Source of the DNA: Selaginella moellendorffii
Lineage: Eukaryota; Plantae; Lycopodiophyta
Assembly: GCF_000143415.4 (NCBI RefSeq)
Contig: NW_003314301.1
Location: 282,259 to 346,258 of the forward strand
Direction: 5' to 3'
DNA length: 64,000 bases
The translations under genes were made by a program, and so were the position numbers. The number at the start of each line of letters is the position of its first letter. Position 1 is the first letter of the stretch. The notes beneath the pieces were generated by a model. It searched no databases and was not told where the DNA came from. It saw only the letters and a list, made by a program, of their open reading frames with translations. This document shows, one piece after another, positions 24,139 through 36,591 of the stretch.

Positions 24139-25731
24139 GGGATGCCGAGCTTTGAAGGCGGCTTTGCAGCCATCTCAGTGGGAGAGCTCAAGTTGTACTC
24201 GGGTATCCTGATTGGCCAGCGAGTGCGGCGCTGGACTCCAAGGAAAGTTTGGCAGTTCGCACCTGATGGTGGGCATGCCCCGTGCTGAGGCCCCATGGAT
24301 TAACGTGAGGTTTAATCGTGGAGGTAAGCTTTTGACCTTTGTTCCTTCCGCTTGAAGCCCATGCCTGTTCAAGGCAACAGACTCTAAACACACGAACAAA
24401 ACTCACCTTGGCAAGGTGAGTTTACAAGCTCAGCTAAGTATCCTTCCAAGAACCTTTCATGTCTAGGTTCTTCAAGCTCGATGGAGCATGAAGGCACTTT
24501 ATCTAAACTTCCAAAGCTTAAGAGTTCGCTAAAGCATTGTTTCAAACTGCTTGATTCCAGGTAGATTGCGGCGAGCAACGTCAGATCGAAAATTGAGGAG
24601 TCGAGGTGGAATCACCCGTCCTCGGGGCAAGTGCGTGACCTCGATCATATACAGCACTGCCGTCATCACCAAAAGAGAGGCACCAAGGTCAGAAGTGGTG
24701 GAGGGGGGCAGCTCATAAGAAACAGAGGGATGCAGGTTTTGGTTCGTCTTGGAACGCATTAGGGGCTCTGCTCAAGGAGTTGCTCCCACTCCCACAACGA
24801 TTCCGTGACCAACTCGCAGCCCTACAGCAAGAAGCACCACTATTCCAGGTACGGGCTGATCGAACAGATCCCAGATGCCAAGCATCCCTATGATCGGTAA
24901 GGATTCTCGACCTCGTCTTGTGTCTAAGTTTCTCGACATTCCAGGTTTAATCGAAAGATGTTTCCAGGAAGGGAGAGCGCTGTGCGTGTAGTTGGAGGCT
25001 GCGTCCTTAAAGATGTGTACACATCGGCTCGCCACATTGGTTTTCCAAGACAAGGCCTGGCAAGCATTTTCTCTAGGCTCTTGTGTTCGTTTGCCCTTTT
25101 CATGCGGTACAAGGCAGAGTGTAAGCACGATGAGCAGGAACCAGAGTGGGGGGGAGTTCCTAACTCTGGTTACCTACTAACGACGTCACCTCCTCTGAGG
25201 AGGAACAGGCCGAGCTTGATTGGCATTCAGGCATTCTAGCGTTCACAACCTCGATCCTGGATGTGTGTACACTAAGATTGGGAATTGATGTGAAGCACCG
25301 CCATCTGCGCACTAAGATCTGGTACAGTGGATGGCCACACCAAAGGCACTGCCAGCTTAGGGAAGCAAGCAAGACCTCCAACATATCTTCATGTACGTAC
25401 CAGTTTCTAGTTTTGTGTTTTGAAATCAGTTTCTGTTTGTTTTCTGTATGCCATGGACATGAGGGAATGGCGATATGCCATTTCTGAGATCGATGGATAT
25501 GTGCAGGTCAAGGGAAACCAGCTGGTTGAAGCTTCTCTACATTCGTTCCCTGACTCACCCAGAGAGCCGATATCGGAAGAGGCCTTCACCAAGCAGGAGG
25601 TTCGGGATAAGTTTGCAGCCTGGAGAGCATCCTTGTTATCGAAGGACCTTACGATTCCGGATGGGTTGCACCTGTTGGCCGGTTGTACTACAGCTCCAAG
25701 GTGAGTTTTTGTCGTGTGTTTAAAGTCTTTT
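24139..25731. repeat. Scrambled end of the amplicon (short alternating-orientation pieces plus a + strand copy of the unknown gene)
   Basis: 24139-24355 matches 5945-6140(+); 24356-24411 is in the opposite orientation; 24440-25731 matches ~4545-5880(+). Confidence 0.8.
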
Positions 25732-25939
25732 GGCAATGGCGTTCACGTCCTTGACTAGGCTGAGCAGAATTGACTACAAAGTCAGCAAAAGTCACGAGAG
25801 AGCGCAAAATGAAAACCTCTAGAGAAAGCATTAAGTCACCAATATGCACAATGAATGGACTTGGAAGGTGCTCTTGCAAATGATCACTTCCAGCCCAAAG
25901 ATCCGACTTGTGATTGTAACTCCATGGACAATTTCATTG

Positions 25940-26760
25940 TTGGGAACTTGGATCATTATCACAGCCCTGCAATCTTTTGAGACTGCCCAAATGTTCTTTT
26001 GAGCAGCTTACAGCATGGAATAAGTCAAATATTTGTCACCCAGCTCGTCAGCCAAAGCAACTTCCAAGCAAGATGGTATTTGAGTGGTCCCAAAGAGACT
26101 TGGGACAAGATCTTTCCTAGACATTCCTAGATTTCAAAAATTGTGCTGCTACTTTACAGAAGCTTGTACTACCCTAGAAGGGTGTAATGAACAAACTCAA
26201 TATATTTGACATGCCAGTTTAGCGATGCTTCTGTGATCTCTTGCCAACACAGCCCAGTTGCTCTTTGCTGGCCAATGGCAGCCTCACGATGCAAAACAAC
26301 ACATGACCCAGCCATGATCCAACCTTGCAACACACTGCAAATGCTGACACGGAATCTCCGAATATGTTCACTTGGAGGAACACAAAATCTTGAGGGATGG
26401 GATGGGGTGAGGTGTAGCCTAACCCTCACTCCCCATTGCTTCGTGCTTTTATTCTCTAGCTCTGAGATTTTTAGGATCTCAAGAAATGATCTTGTCCTCA
26501 TCCTCAAACACCATCAAGTAGTTTGCAATGGTGGCAGCCACCTTGCTTGGGCAAAAGTGGCATGAGTTACAAGGGAACATACATTCCTGCAGTTTTCTTC
26601 TTGGTAAGAATAATCTTCCTTAGCTGGACTCTTGTTGGCATGTGACTCACAAAATAATCTTTATAGACACCAAACACACATCTTGCAATATAGTTGAATT
26701 CTCTAGGTTGACCTCCTTCTAAAACATGCCATCATATTTTGACTAGTATTTGCCCAGCAA
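25940..26760 (+). repeat. Older diverged copy of the amplicon block 18955-19480
   Basis: Alignable by eye with many substitutions and an insertion at ~26360-26435; a further remnant lies at ~42880-42975 in the opposite orientation. Confidence 0.7.
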
Positions 26761-27044
26761 AAGCTACACAATTAGCAAAGGTAAATTTAGTGTTAAAACT
26801 AATGCAATGCACCATACTAATCATTGTGCTATGCATGTGTTCCTCTTTTCCCGCTGGATAACAAAGGAAAAGCTCTTTGTGAGATTTTTTTTTCTTCCAC
26901 AAAAAAGAAGCATGGTACCTATTCCCAATTGGAGCAGATTATCTCAAGCACCCAAGCAATGCCACATCAATGCTTTTTTACACAATCTAACAAAAAAGCA
27001 AGAAATCAAATTATGCTTACTCTTTCCTAGAGTGGATAGGATGG

Positions 27045-27785
27045 TGTAGTGCACCTTTATCCCCTAAGGTTCCAAGGATCCACGGTGACAATATATCTAA
27101 ATCTCATCCCATGATCACATACGCTATACTCACCCCCCCTTTAGAGATATTAATGTCCTTATTGACTATTGACTAGTAACCCCTATTGAGCCAAGGGGAA
27201 TTAACACCTCCATTTCCGCACTGAATCTACTAAGCCAACTGGAAAAAGAGGCAATTGCTTGATGAGAGAGCCTTTAGTGGCTATTTTATCCTTATTTATC
27301 CCCTAAAGTTCTAAAGATCCACGTGACAGTATATCTAAATCTCATCCCATGATCACATACGCTATACTCACCCCCGCCTTTAGAGATCAATGTCCTTATT
27401 GTCCTTCCATTATGTAGACCAGTCATCCACCCGTACTGCAGTCCCACGGTAGATACCTTCATCCGTGGATATTCCACACAAGAGGAAAGACATACGCATG
27501 GATGCCCAATATGTACGATTTCAAATTTAAGGGTAGGAATATACTTTGCTCAAGGGTATATCGTATTTTACGTAGCCACTAATCAATGGGAATCAAACCC
27601 ATGTCATTTGCTTTAATACCAACTGTAGTGCATTTTATCTCTCTCCCCTTAAGCCAACTGGAAATGGGGCAATTACTTGATGAGAGAGCCTTTAGTGGCT
27701 ATTTTATCCCCATTTATCCCTCAAGGTTCCAAAGATCCACAGTGACAGTATATCCAAATATCATCCCATGATCACATGCGTTACA
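27045..27785 (-). mobile_element. TRIM-like non-autonomous LTR element with three (two partial) LTR copies
   Basis: TGTAGTG...GTTACA ends; TSD GATGG (27040-27044 and 27786-27790); PBS TGGTATTAAAGC on minus (27621-27610) resembling the tRNA-iMet PBS TGGTATCAGAGC; PPT-like G runs at ~27130 and ~27370. Confidence 0.85.
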
Positions 27786-28196
27786 GATGGATGTTGTCTG
27801 GACGTAGGAACTTCTAGCATTGCCACCAACTCTATTGGGATCTTTTCCTCCTCTACTGATCTTTGGTGAGACATAGCTTCCCATCACTCTGGGCTTGTCA
27901 AATTCCTTCCCTTCCTTCAATTAAGGATAGCTTTGTGGATATAACATATATATATCACTACTGTTGCATGATTGTGCTAGATCATAGCTGGGAGGCTGTA
28001 GCTTCTTTCTTCCTCTCACATTTCTTCTCACCTAAAAAGCACCACTTCAAATAAAATTGTGCTAAGGGCAAAATTGCCGAAGTTCATCAATTTCTCCTCA
28101 AGTTTCCTCTTTGCAAGAGAGGAAAGAAGTGTTGCAGCAGGGATTGGAGGAATCGTTGTGTCAGAACTCAAGTGTCATATTTGGGAAGTGGCCATT

Positions 28197-28358
28197 TGTA
28201 ATGCATGTGATCATGGGATGAGATTTGGATATACTGTCACCATAGATCCTTGGAACCTTGGGGGATAAATGGGGATAAAATAACCACTAAGAGCTCTCTC
28301 ATTAAATAATTACCCCTTTTTCAGTTGGCTTAAGGGGAGAGAAATAAGGTGCATTACA
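28197..28358 (+). mobile_element. Solo LTR of the same TRIM family (162 bp, opposite orientation)
   Basis: TGTAATGCA...TGCATTACA; TSD CCATT on both sides; reverse complement of 27624-27785. Confidence 0.9.
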
Positions 28359-28509
28359 CCATTTGATTTGGTTGAGCTAGAGAGCCCTTTTGAAGTTGAG
28401 AACTTGATGAAAAAGATCATCCACGAAAAATTTCTTGGTGCCAATGGAGCTTGTTATCAACACTTTGCATGTGAAACATGTTGCAACACCTTCTTCTCTT
28501 GCCCCAGAT

Positions 28510-29790
28510 TATATGAGTTTTGCACGTGCTTAATGATGTGGCAAAAAATAAGCAAGGCATTGGGCCAATAACTATGATTAACCCAAAGTTAATCAATTGC
28601 TTCATTCAGGATCTTTCTCTACAATGACAGTAGTAGATAGTGATTCTAATTTGGGGTCTCAAGACCATGTAGACTAGTCATTACCAAACAATGTCTCTTT
28701 GCAACAGCAACAAACTCTAGATGATGTAAAAATGGGTGGAGAGAGTAGTGAACTAGATTTGTGTTTATCTTGATAAGGTAGAATCTAATCACTTTCCTTT
28801 CTAGGAACAACTGTTAAATTTTTGACATTCATCTCTAAATTGATATTTAAATGTAAAATGCATCTGCAAAAACAGAAAGAAAGACTAAGTAAAGCTTGCA
28901 AAAAGTATTAAACTTGATCTACTTGTTTCACCTCCATGCTAGCTTCGAATCTTTGTTCCAAATACCCTGGAGGTAAGCAACAAAAGTTCCAAGTCTCGAA
29001 GAAGATATAAGCAAATATCATCCAAATTGGAATTGCAACACTACCATTGCCTAATCCTTGTTGCTTGCAAAAGCCTAGATTCTTTCCTATGTTGACATAA
29101 TCATAGAGCTTGCAACTAAATTTTCTCTACTTTTATTGTTGATCTGCAGCAAGACCTGGTGGAAGAGAGCTTGATAATTTTTCAAGTGAGCAACATAGAG
29201 TTTCTCGTACGATAAAACTTCTACCAACTTCAATGTCACTAAAGACACTGTAACATGGTCTTTACCAATAGAAGTTGGATCTTTGAAAAAACCTTCAAAG
29301 GAAGAACTTATTGCTAGTATAAGCATTGCCCAATTCCAACTCCATAAGAGAATGCTCAAGATCATCTATTCTATCAAATTGCTATACATGCCTTGTAAGT
29401 ATCTAGGTTTTTTTCTCTAGAGTTGGAGTTGAGAATATTTTTTTCTCCTGGCTCTTTTGCTATTTATTTTTGTCTTTTTTATCTACATAAGCTATGCAAG
29501 GCACTCAAATTTTACCTTATCAAGATAAACACAAACTTGGTTCATTGCTTTCTCCACCCATCTCTACATCACTTAGAATTTGTTGTTGTTGTGAAGAGAT
29601 ATTGTTTGGCAATGATTGGTAATTGTAGGCTACATGGTCTTGAAACCCAAAACTAAAGTTGCTAGCTGCCACTACTATTGCAGAGAGAGATCCTGAATGA
29701 AGCAATTGATTAACTTTGGGTTAGTCATAGCTGTTGGCCCAATACCCTACTTTTTTGCCACGTAATTGAGCACATGCAAAACCCACATAA
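28510..29790. repeat. Diverged inverted repeat: ~280-bp arms (28510-28786 and 29508-29790) around a ~720-bp spacer
   Basis: e.g. GTGTTTATCTTGATAAGGTA / TACCTTATCAAGATAAACAC and ACCCAAAGTTAATCAATTGCTTCATTCAGGATCT / AGATCCTGAATGAAGCAATTGATTAACTTTGGGT. Confidence 0.85.
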
Positions 29791-30429
29791 CTTTTTTGCT
29801 TGATAAACGACAAGCACAGTCGTGGTCAACACATTGCATGCAATATGCACAGTAGTGCCTTCTTCTCTCACCCTAGGCAATTTGCCACCTCCTATTAACA
29901 AACATTAGCATGATTATTTGCTAAGACATGGTTAAAGAAATAATCCTTTTACGATTAACCCTCCATTAGATGGCTGCCATTGGCTGGATCTAGCGGCCTT
30001 GAAAGTTCAACACTCCCTCATTATTATAGATTAGCAATTTCTCAACAAATGCTAGGTGGTTGACAATTTTCATGCCATTTCAAGAGATTTGTTAAGGTTA
30101 GATATGTTTGCTATTTTATTAACTCTTAAACTGCTAAAGTGTCTAAGGATAGCTCTCAAAATCTAGAAGAAAGAACTTTGCAAAAAAAAGTCTTATTCTC
30201 TTGAACAACCTATCATAGTTAGTAATTGACTCAGGGATCTATTGTTAAGCCCACCCAATAGCCTAAAATTTCTTTAGTAGAGAGAAGAAAATAAAACAAA
30301 CCTTTGGCTATCACTCATGTAAGTTGTTGCTATGTACCTATGGCTATTGTTGGCAATGATGTTAATACCGATTTAATGATTCCTAAATGGTTCACTCTGA
30401 ACTTGCTTGCTATATCCTAGGCAAGAGAA

Positions 30430-31170
30430 AAATATCTGAGCCTCCATCCTGTCAAAAGCCTCTAGAGTTAAAGCTGTCTTCAGTGTTAGCTCATTTTAAG
30501 AATGTGAGCTTGTAAGCTGTGATGATTCCATGATTAAGAAAGCCAGCACAACTTTGATTCTATGGCAGCCATAAGCATTATGGCTTGGAACTTGCCACAA
30601 CTCAATCTCCAACACCCTGGTTGACACTTACACAAAGTCTAAGAGCATGCTAGACACTCGAGTATTGTTTGACCAGATGAAGCATTATAATGTACTGGGA
30701 TATGCTAAAAAAGGGGAAAGCAAGATGGTTTTAAAGTTTTTGAATGCACACGGCTGTAAGAAACACTGCCAATATTTGCAACAGTGCTACTGATAGTTTG
30801 TGGAACTTTGGTGGATTTGGAAACTAGAAGGGAATTTGATCTTGGGATCTGCTAAAGACAGTAGTGTCACAAATAGTGTTTACGGCAAGTGTGGAATTAT
30901 AACCATTGCTCAACACATCTTTGATTCTCTGTGATATCCAGGGATATGGTTTTGTGGAACATGTTGATAGCAAGTTATAACTACAAAGGTAATGTAACCA
31001 AGGTGGTGGAGATATTTGGCAAGCTAGAGAAACATTCCTCTTTGTTATTGCAATGTGTAGTGCCACAGGATGGATTGAGTAGGGCCAAAAGTTTTCCCAA
31101 GAGATGTGGAGGTATGGTGTAGCCCAGTGTTGAATCAAGGGAGGTCCAGCATGAATTAGGGATAATGCAA
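30430..31170 (+). pseudogene. PLS-class PPR pseudogene fragment
   Basis: NTLVDTYTKSKSMLDTRVLFDQM, FYGKCG..IAQHIFDSL and RDMVLWNMLIASY motifs with stops and frameshifts. Confidence 0.75.
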
Positions 31171-31372
31171 CATGTGTCACATTTCTCTCTTTTTCACACT
31201 AGCCAATTGTTAGCCAAGCTGTGCCAATCTTTGATTAGCCAGTGCAAACATCCACATGATTTTTACAAAAACCATGGCTACCAACTTTGGCCCAAGCCTG
31301 GGATCCAACAACCTGCAAGCCTCCCCCCTATCGCTTTATATATATAGCTTTGCCATACAAACTTTATGCGAC

Positions 31373-31890
31373 TTAATCATCACTTAACTTTTCCACCTTG
31401 CAAAACCCATTAATCAGTATGGCAAAGTCAACTCCACTAGTATCAATCACAAGCCTCAAGTGTTCCAAGGCCTCTTCCATCCTCCCAATCTGGCAAAAGC
31501 CCTTGAGAATCTCACTGTGCATTGTCTCATTGGGTGATAGATCGCAAGCTTTCATCTCCTTGATGAGCTGCAGTGCCTTGCACATGTAGCCTTGGACAAG
31601 GAAATTGTAGCTTGCCATAGATGGATATTGGAGCGCCAGGAGATCTATGAATAATTTGTGCACCTCACTTGGATGGCCCTCATCTATGGCAATGCGTAGC
31701 AGGGAATTGCAGGTCTGTGTGTTGTGCTTGAACTTAGCCTGCATTGGCACCCAATGGAAGAAATCTAGTGCAATGTTAGTCTTGTGCATGCTCGCCATTG
31801 CCTCAGGGAAGATCTGTGGCATGATTACAATGGAGAACCTGTCAGAAACCTCTCTGGCCATAATTCTTCACATTTCTGCCCTGTGCAAGA
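31373..31890 (-). pseudogene. P-class PPR gene fragment
   Basis: ALDFFHW...FKHNTQTCNSLL, SYNFLVQG, ILKGFCQIGRMEEALE, FAILINGFCK; truncated with internal deletions. Confidence 0.8.
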
Positions 31891-32150
31891 CCATGAGCTT
31901 TAGAAATAAACCCCATATTAGGGTTTTAAAGTATATCATTTGAGCTAGCATTTAATCAACATTTGAAGACAATGGCAACCAATGCATGTGGAGCACTCTT
32001 AATTCTTTTATGTTGCTTTTCCTTGCTACCTAGAGTGCTATCATTTATTTTATAGCAATGGCTATACATATTATGAATTTTTTTGGCCTTTATTGTACAT
32101 AGAAAATTATTAATCAAAGTTTAGGAATGCTACTTTAATTAATAAAATGT

Positions 32151-35100
32151 TGTGAGTGCTTGGAATATGGAAAGGGAATACAAAAAATATGCATATCAAT
32201 TAGCCCAAAAACCCTAGTTTATAAACAGGAGCGAGTGGTCCAAATTAAAACCAATCCGACAGTTACCAAAATCCCACTACGCTAATATTAATATACAGCA
32301 TCGTAGCCATACATTTGGCCCTCACATCATCCCCTCCTCTCAGAATAATGGAAGGCCATCAGGGTTCTCTTGTAGATAGGCCAGGATTTGGAGGAACGTC
32401 AGGAGGAGGCATCGGCAGATCTGTAGACAGTATTAACTACTCCTGATCCCTTTGTATGAAGCATTTCAACCGTTGGACATGCATAATCTCCGGAGGATCG
32501 GCCTGTTGGACGTCATGCCGAACCTCATAAATTTGCGGTCCAACTTGCTACAACACCCGATACAGTCCTTTCCACTACACAAGGATCCCCTTAGATAAAC
32601 CACGTACCATAAGATGGGGAAAATAGACTAACACCAAATCATCCACTTTGTACTCTACAGGTGGAAGATGATGGGAGTTGTAGCGCCATTATTGTCCCAC
32701 TTGTATGCAGCCTAAGTGTTCAGTAGACTTTGCTCGGACAAGTGGAAGAATGCTCGTCAAATATTGATCCCATGACCTAGCATCAGGAGCTCGTGGCAAT
32801 CACGAAGGTAAACCTAGCTCCGTTGGTAATATTGGATCATGACCATATAGAAGTTTATATAGTGAAGCACCAACAGAACTTTGCACCCCTGTGACAAGTA
32901 TATCGAAGAAACGGCAAATAACCATCCCAATCCGAATGCTGAAAGTTCACATACTTCGCAATAATCCCTTTGAATGTCCAAATGAGCCGTTCCACCAGAC
33001 CATCTGATTGTGGATGATAAGCACTCATAAAAGTGTGGCATATCCCTAACCAAGATGTCAAAACATGAAATACCTCAGCCATAAATGTAGGACCATTATC
33101 CGAAAGAATCTGCTCTGGACAAGAATGTTGGAACACCACTCGATTGAGGAGGAAGTATCCAACAACAATTGTAGAGGTGCTAGCAAGAGCACCAACTTCC
33201 ACCCAACGAATCAAGTAGTCAAAAACAATAATAACATACTCATTGCCAATAGTCGACCGTGGAAAAGGTCCCATAAGATCAAATGCCACCAACTTAAATA
33301 GATGGGAAATTGCAATTGACTCCAACCGTCCTTCCGTAGCACAAGGGGTAGTATTATGAGCTTGGCACTAAACGCAGTTACACACATAACATACCAAATA
33401 ACATCACGTTGCATTTCCGGCCAATAGAAAAATCTGCGCAGCTTCTCGGTCACACGATGATATCCCATATGCCCACCTAGAACAGGAGAATCATGGTACA
33501 CATGGAGAAACCACGTAATAAAGACAGAAGGCACCATCAGCCGTAAATGATCATCAGGATCTGTCCCCACAAAATAAAGAAGGCCATCTTTAAGGCGATA
33601 TTGAGAATATAAATGCTAGAAAGGAAAGTCATCAGCAAGTGATGCAGGATTCTTAAATACATCTCGAAGCCTTCGAATCCACAGCTCAATCTTTTGAGCC
33701 TCACGAACCTCATCAAGAGAAGGTAGATCTTGCTTTGCGCCTTGTGGACACTAAACGTCAAGTACAGCAACTGCCGATGGCATAGAATCCTTGTCTAAAA
33801 AATCCATAGATGCTGGAACAACAGGCTCATCAGAAACATGAAAAGAGAGTGGAGAAGGAAGAGGAGCTCGAAAAAGGGCATTAGCATCAGCCATAGAACT
33901 CCCTGGGCAATGAACAACATCAAAATCATATATCTGAAGCTTCAAAAACCATCGAGCAGTACGACCAGCCAAGTTCTTCCACTTCAATAATGAAGTAACG
34001 GCAGCATGGTCACCTTTAAGTAACGTCCGAGAACCATATAGATATGCATGAAGTTTCTCGAAACCCCAAACTGCCACTAAACACTCTTTCTCTGTCGTGG
34101 AGTAGTTCACCTCTACTGGTTGTAACGTATAGCTTATATATGCAATAGGATGACGTTGACCAAGCACACTCATGATTAAGATCAGCACAGTAGAGGCAAA
34201 GATTATGAGATATTCGACGTTGCTTCTCAGCAGGACTCAACTTCCCTCTAATGAGTCGGGGAGTACCAGAAATATCCATCGGGACCGGAGCAGTAGGTTC
34301 AGGAGTATGTCCTGAAAACTCAAGTTGGGATTCCTGAGTCTGGGACGGAAAAACAGCGGCGCGGCAATTTTCCTGACGACGTTCAAAGAGATAATTGTCG
34401 CATCGAACAGCTTTGTTGATGGCATCCGATAGGTCCTTGGGATCCTCCATGGTGAGCAACAAATCCTTGACACCATTGTTGAGGCCGAAATGAAATTGGT
34501 TAATTAGGGCCCACTCATCCCATTGAGTGTCCAAGGCAAGGAGTTGGAACTCTGCAGTGTAGATCGAGGCAAAACAAGACCCCTGAGAGAGACGTCTCAT
34601 CTTTGTGGTAGCAGCCCGAACCCAATCCATCTCGCCAAAACATGCTTCGAGCTTCTCTTTGAACAATTGAAGATCCATCAGCTCTGGAACCACAACCCCT
34701 TTCATGCTCTTCTCCAGAACCATGACAAAGCTACACCTTTGAGCAATGTCCCAATCGCGCCGATATGAGACTCAGGAGTGGGGTACCGCCAATGTTGAAG
34801 TGCGAAGATAAACTCCATCTGGTTCAGGAATCCACGAAGCTCTAAACGCTTGCCTGAAAATTTTGCCGGGAAACTCACCTTTGGTTCAGGAACTTTGCTG
34901 GATCCTTGAGCTGAAAGTGAAGCAAGCTCTTGCTGCATGTAAAGAAGGGTCGCCTTCAGCTCGGTATTCTCAGACTGGATTTTTGCAAGGACTTCAGCAA
35001 AGAAATCAAGATGGCTTGGAGACTCCATTGGCAAAAAGAAAGAAAAAGGGGGAAAAAGGGCAAAGGTAGTCAAACAATCAAAATGAGTTAAAGCAAAAAA

Positions 35101-36591
35101 TGAAAAAACACAATCTGAATCAAACGGTCAAAACCCCCAACAAGATCAAGACTGGAAAATACAAAAGACAAAGAGAAAAGCTAGTGGAAACAAAGAAGAG
35201 GCCTTAGACTAGCGTTGATTCAGATTGTGGAGAAATAGAACAAGGCTAACTTATATATACTATAGGTTGATGAAGCTCCACCACTCTTGGATCGAGGATA
35301 GCCTAAATATAATTGAGGTCGAGGAGGCACCACATCATCATCAGGAATGTGGCTCAAGACTCAAGAATCGTATAGGAAATCAGAAACTCAGGAATAGAGA
35401 AGTGTCTCGAAAGTCAAGAATAGGGAAGTGTCTCAAGAGTCAGGAATAGGGAAGTGTCTCAACAGTCAGAAATGTGGTCTGCAAGTCAGGAATCCGGTGA
35501 GAGTCAGGAATGTGGCAAGAATTGGGGAATTCCTGACAATAGGAAGTGGAGCTGAAGGACAAAAAGTGGAATAGGTGACATCTCATAATGTTGTGCCAAG
35601 GGTGGCAGGAGCAAGTGCATGCACAAGTCCGACAAGATCTTGACGAAGTGCTAGCCACAACATTCTTAGCTTGATCTGCTCCAACATATTGGGCTCCGCA
35701 CGAAGTAAAAGACTTCGGAAACAAATGCCAAATTGCATCACCGACTCAAATGGCCTTTGGCGAAGACGATGCAATTGTTGGAAGGCATCATCACAGTCGT
35801 CAGCATGTCCAAAGGTGCGTTTGAAAATGTCCGGAAGAACACTCCAATCCCCACGAATAGCCACGCTCAATCCATTGTACCACTGCAATGCCATTCCTTG
35901 GAGACACGTGGGAAACTCATGCAAATGTCGAGCATCATCCCAAGAATGATATGTGGCAATCACCGTGAAGTAATCGAACCAATGGTACATATCATCCCTA
36001 GGATTCCCACGAAAGAACTCTGGTTGAATGCAAGGATTGGCACCAAGAGCAGGAGGAGTTGGACTGCATGCTGTGAACACCATCATCAATTGAATTTGGT
36101 TGTTCAATTGCAAGTGTATAGCATCAAGCAATTGGACCAACTGTTGCTTTAAAGTTAAAGGAGGAGATTGCTAATCTGCCATGAAGATGAATGAAAAAGA
36201 AAGAGCAAAAAAAGAGAAATGACAAAAAGCTAGAAGGAAATGGTAGATCCAGACAATGCAAAAAGCTAGATCTAAACCAAAATCTTGAAAAGGAAGAACA
36301 AAAGAAAAAAAATGAAAAAAGCTAGATCTAAATTATGTAAAAGCTAAATCTAAACCAAAATCCCAAATCCAAGTACTCCTCAGGGACAATCAAAAGTGCC
36401 CCTCACCACCACCAATGTGAGTATTTGAAATATAGAAAGGGAATACAGAAAATATGCATATCAATTAGCCCAAAAACCCTAGTTTATATACAGGAGTGAG
36501 TGGTTCAGATTGAAATCAATCCGATGGTTATCAAAATTCTACTATGCTAATATTAGTATACAGCATCGTAGCCATACACTTGGCCCTCATA
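32151..36591 (-). mobile_element. Ty3/Gypsy LTR retrotransposon, defective, with a nested second element
   Basis: 176-bp LTRs at 32151-32326 and 36416-36591 (TGTGAG...CTCAC/TA); TSD (A)ATGT; PPT at 32327-32340; TGG-starting PBS at ~36414-36397; gag 36140-35583, RNase H 34188-33751 (NYSTTEKECL, DHAA, ARW), integrase HHCC and core 33570-32855, C-terminal remnant. Confidence 0.92.
34160..35538 (-). mobile_element. Nested 5' portion of a second Gypsy element (putative LTR 35226-35538 plus a sushi/PEG10-like gag)
   Basis: TG..CA-bounded 313-bp block with internal ~25-bp tandem repeats; gag with PAKFSGKR, PVPMDIS, GKLSPAEKQRR and a CLYC..H knuckle, fused directly to the RNase H region. Confidence 0.7.

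Noticed and set aside
35388-35470. Three ~25-bp direct repeats resembling a mini CRISPR
   Set aside because: No unique spacers and no cas genes; they are tandem repeats inside a putative LTR in eukaryotic DNA.
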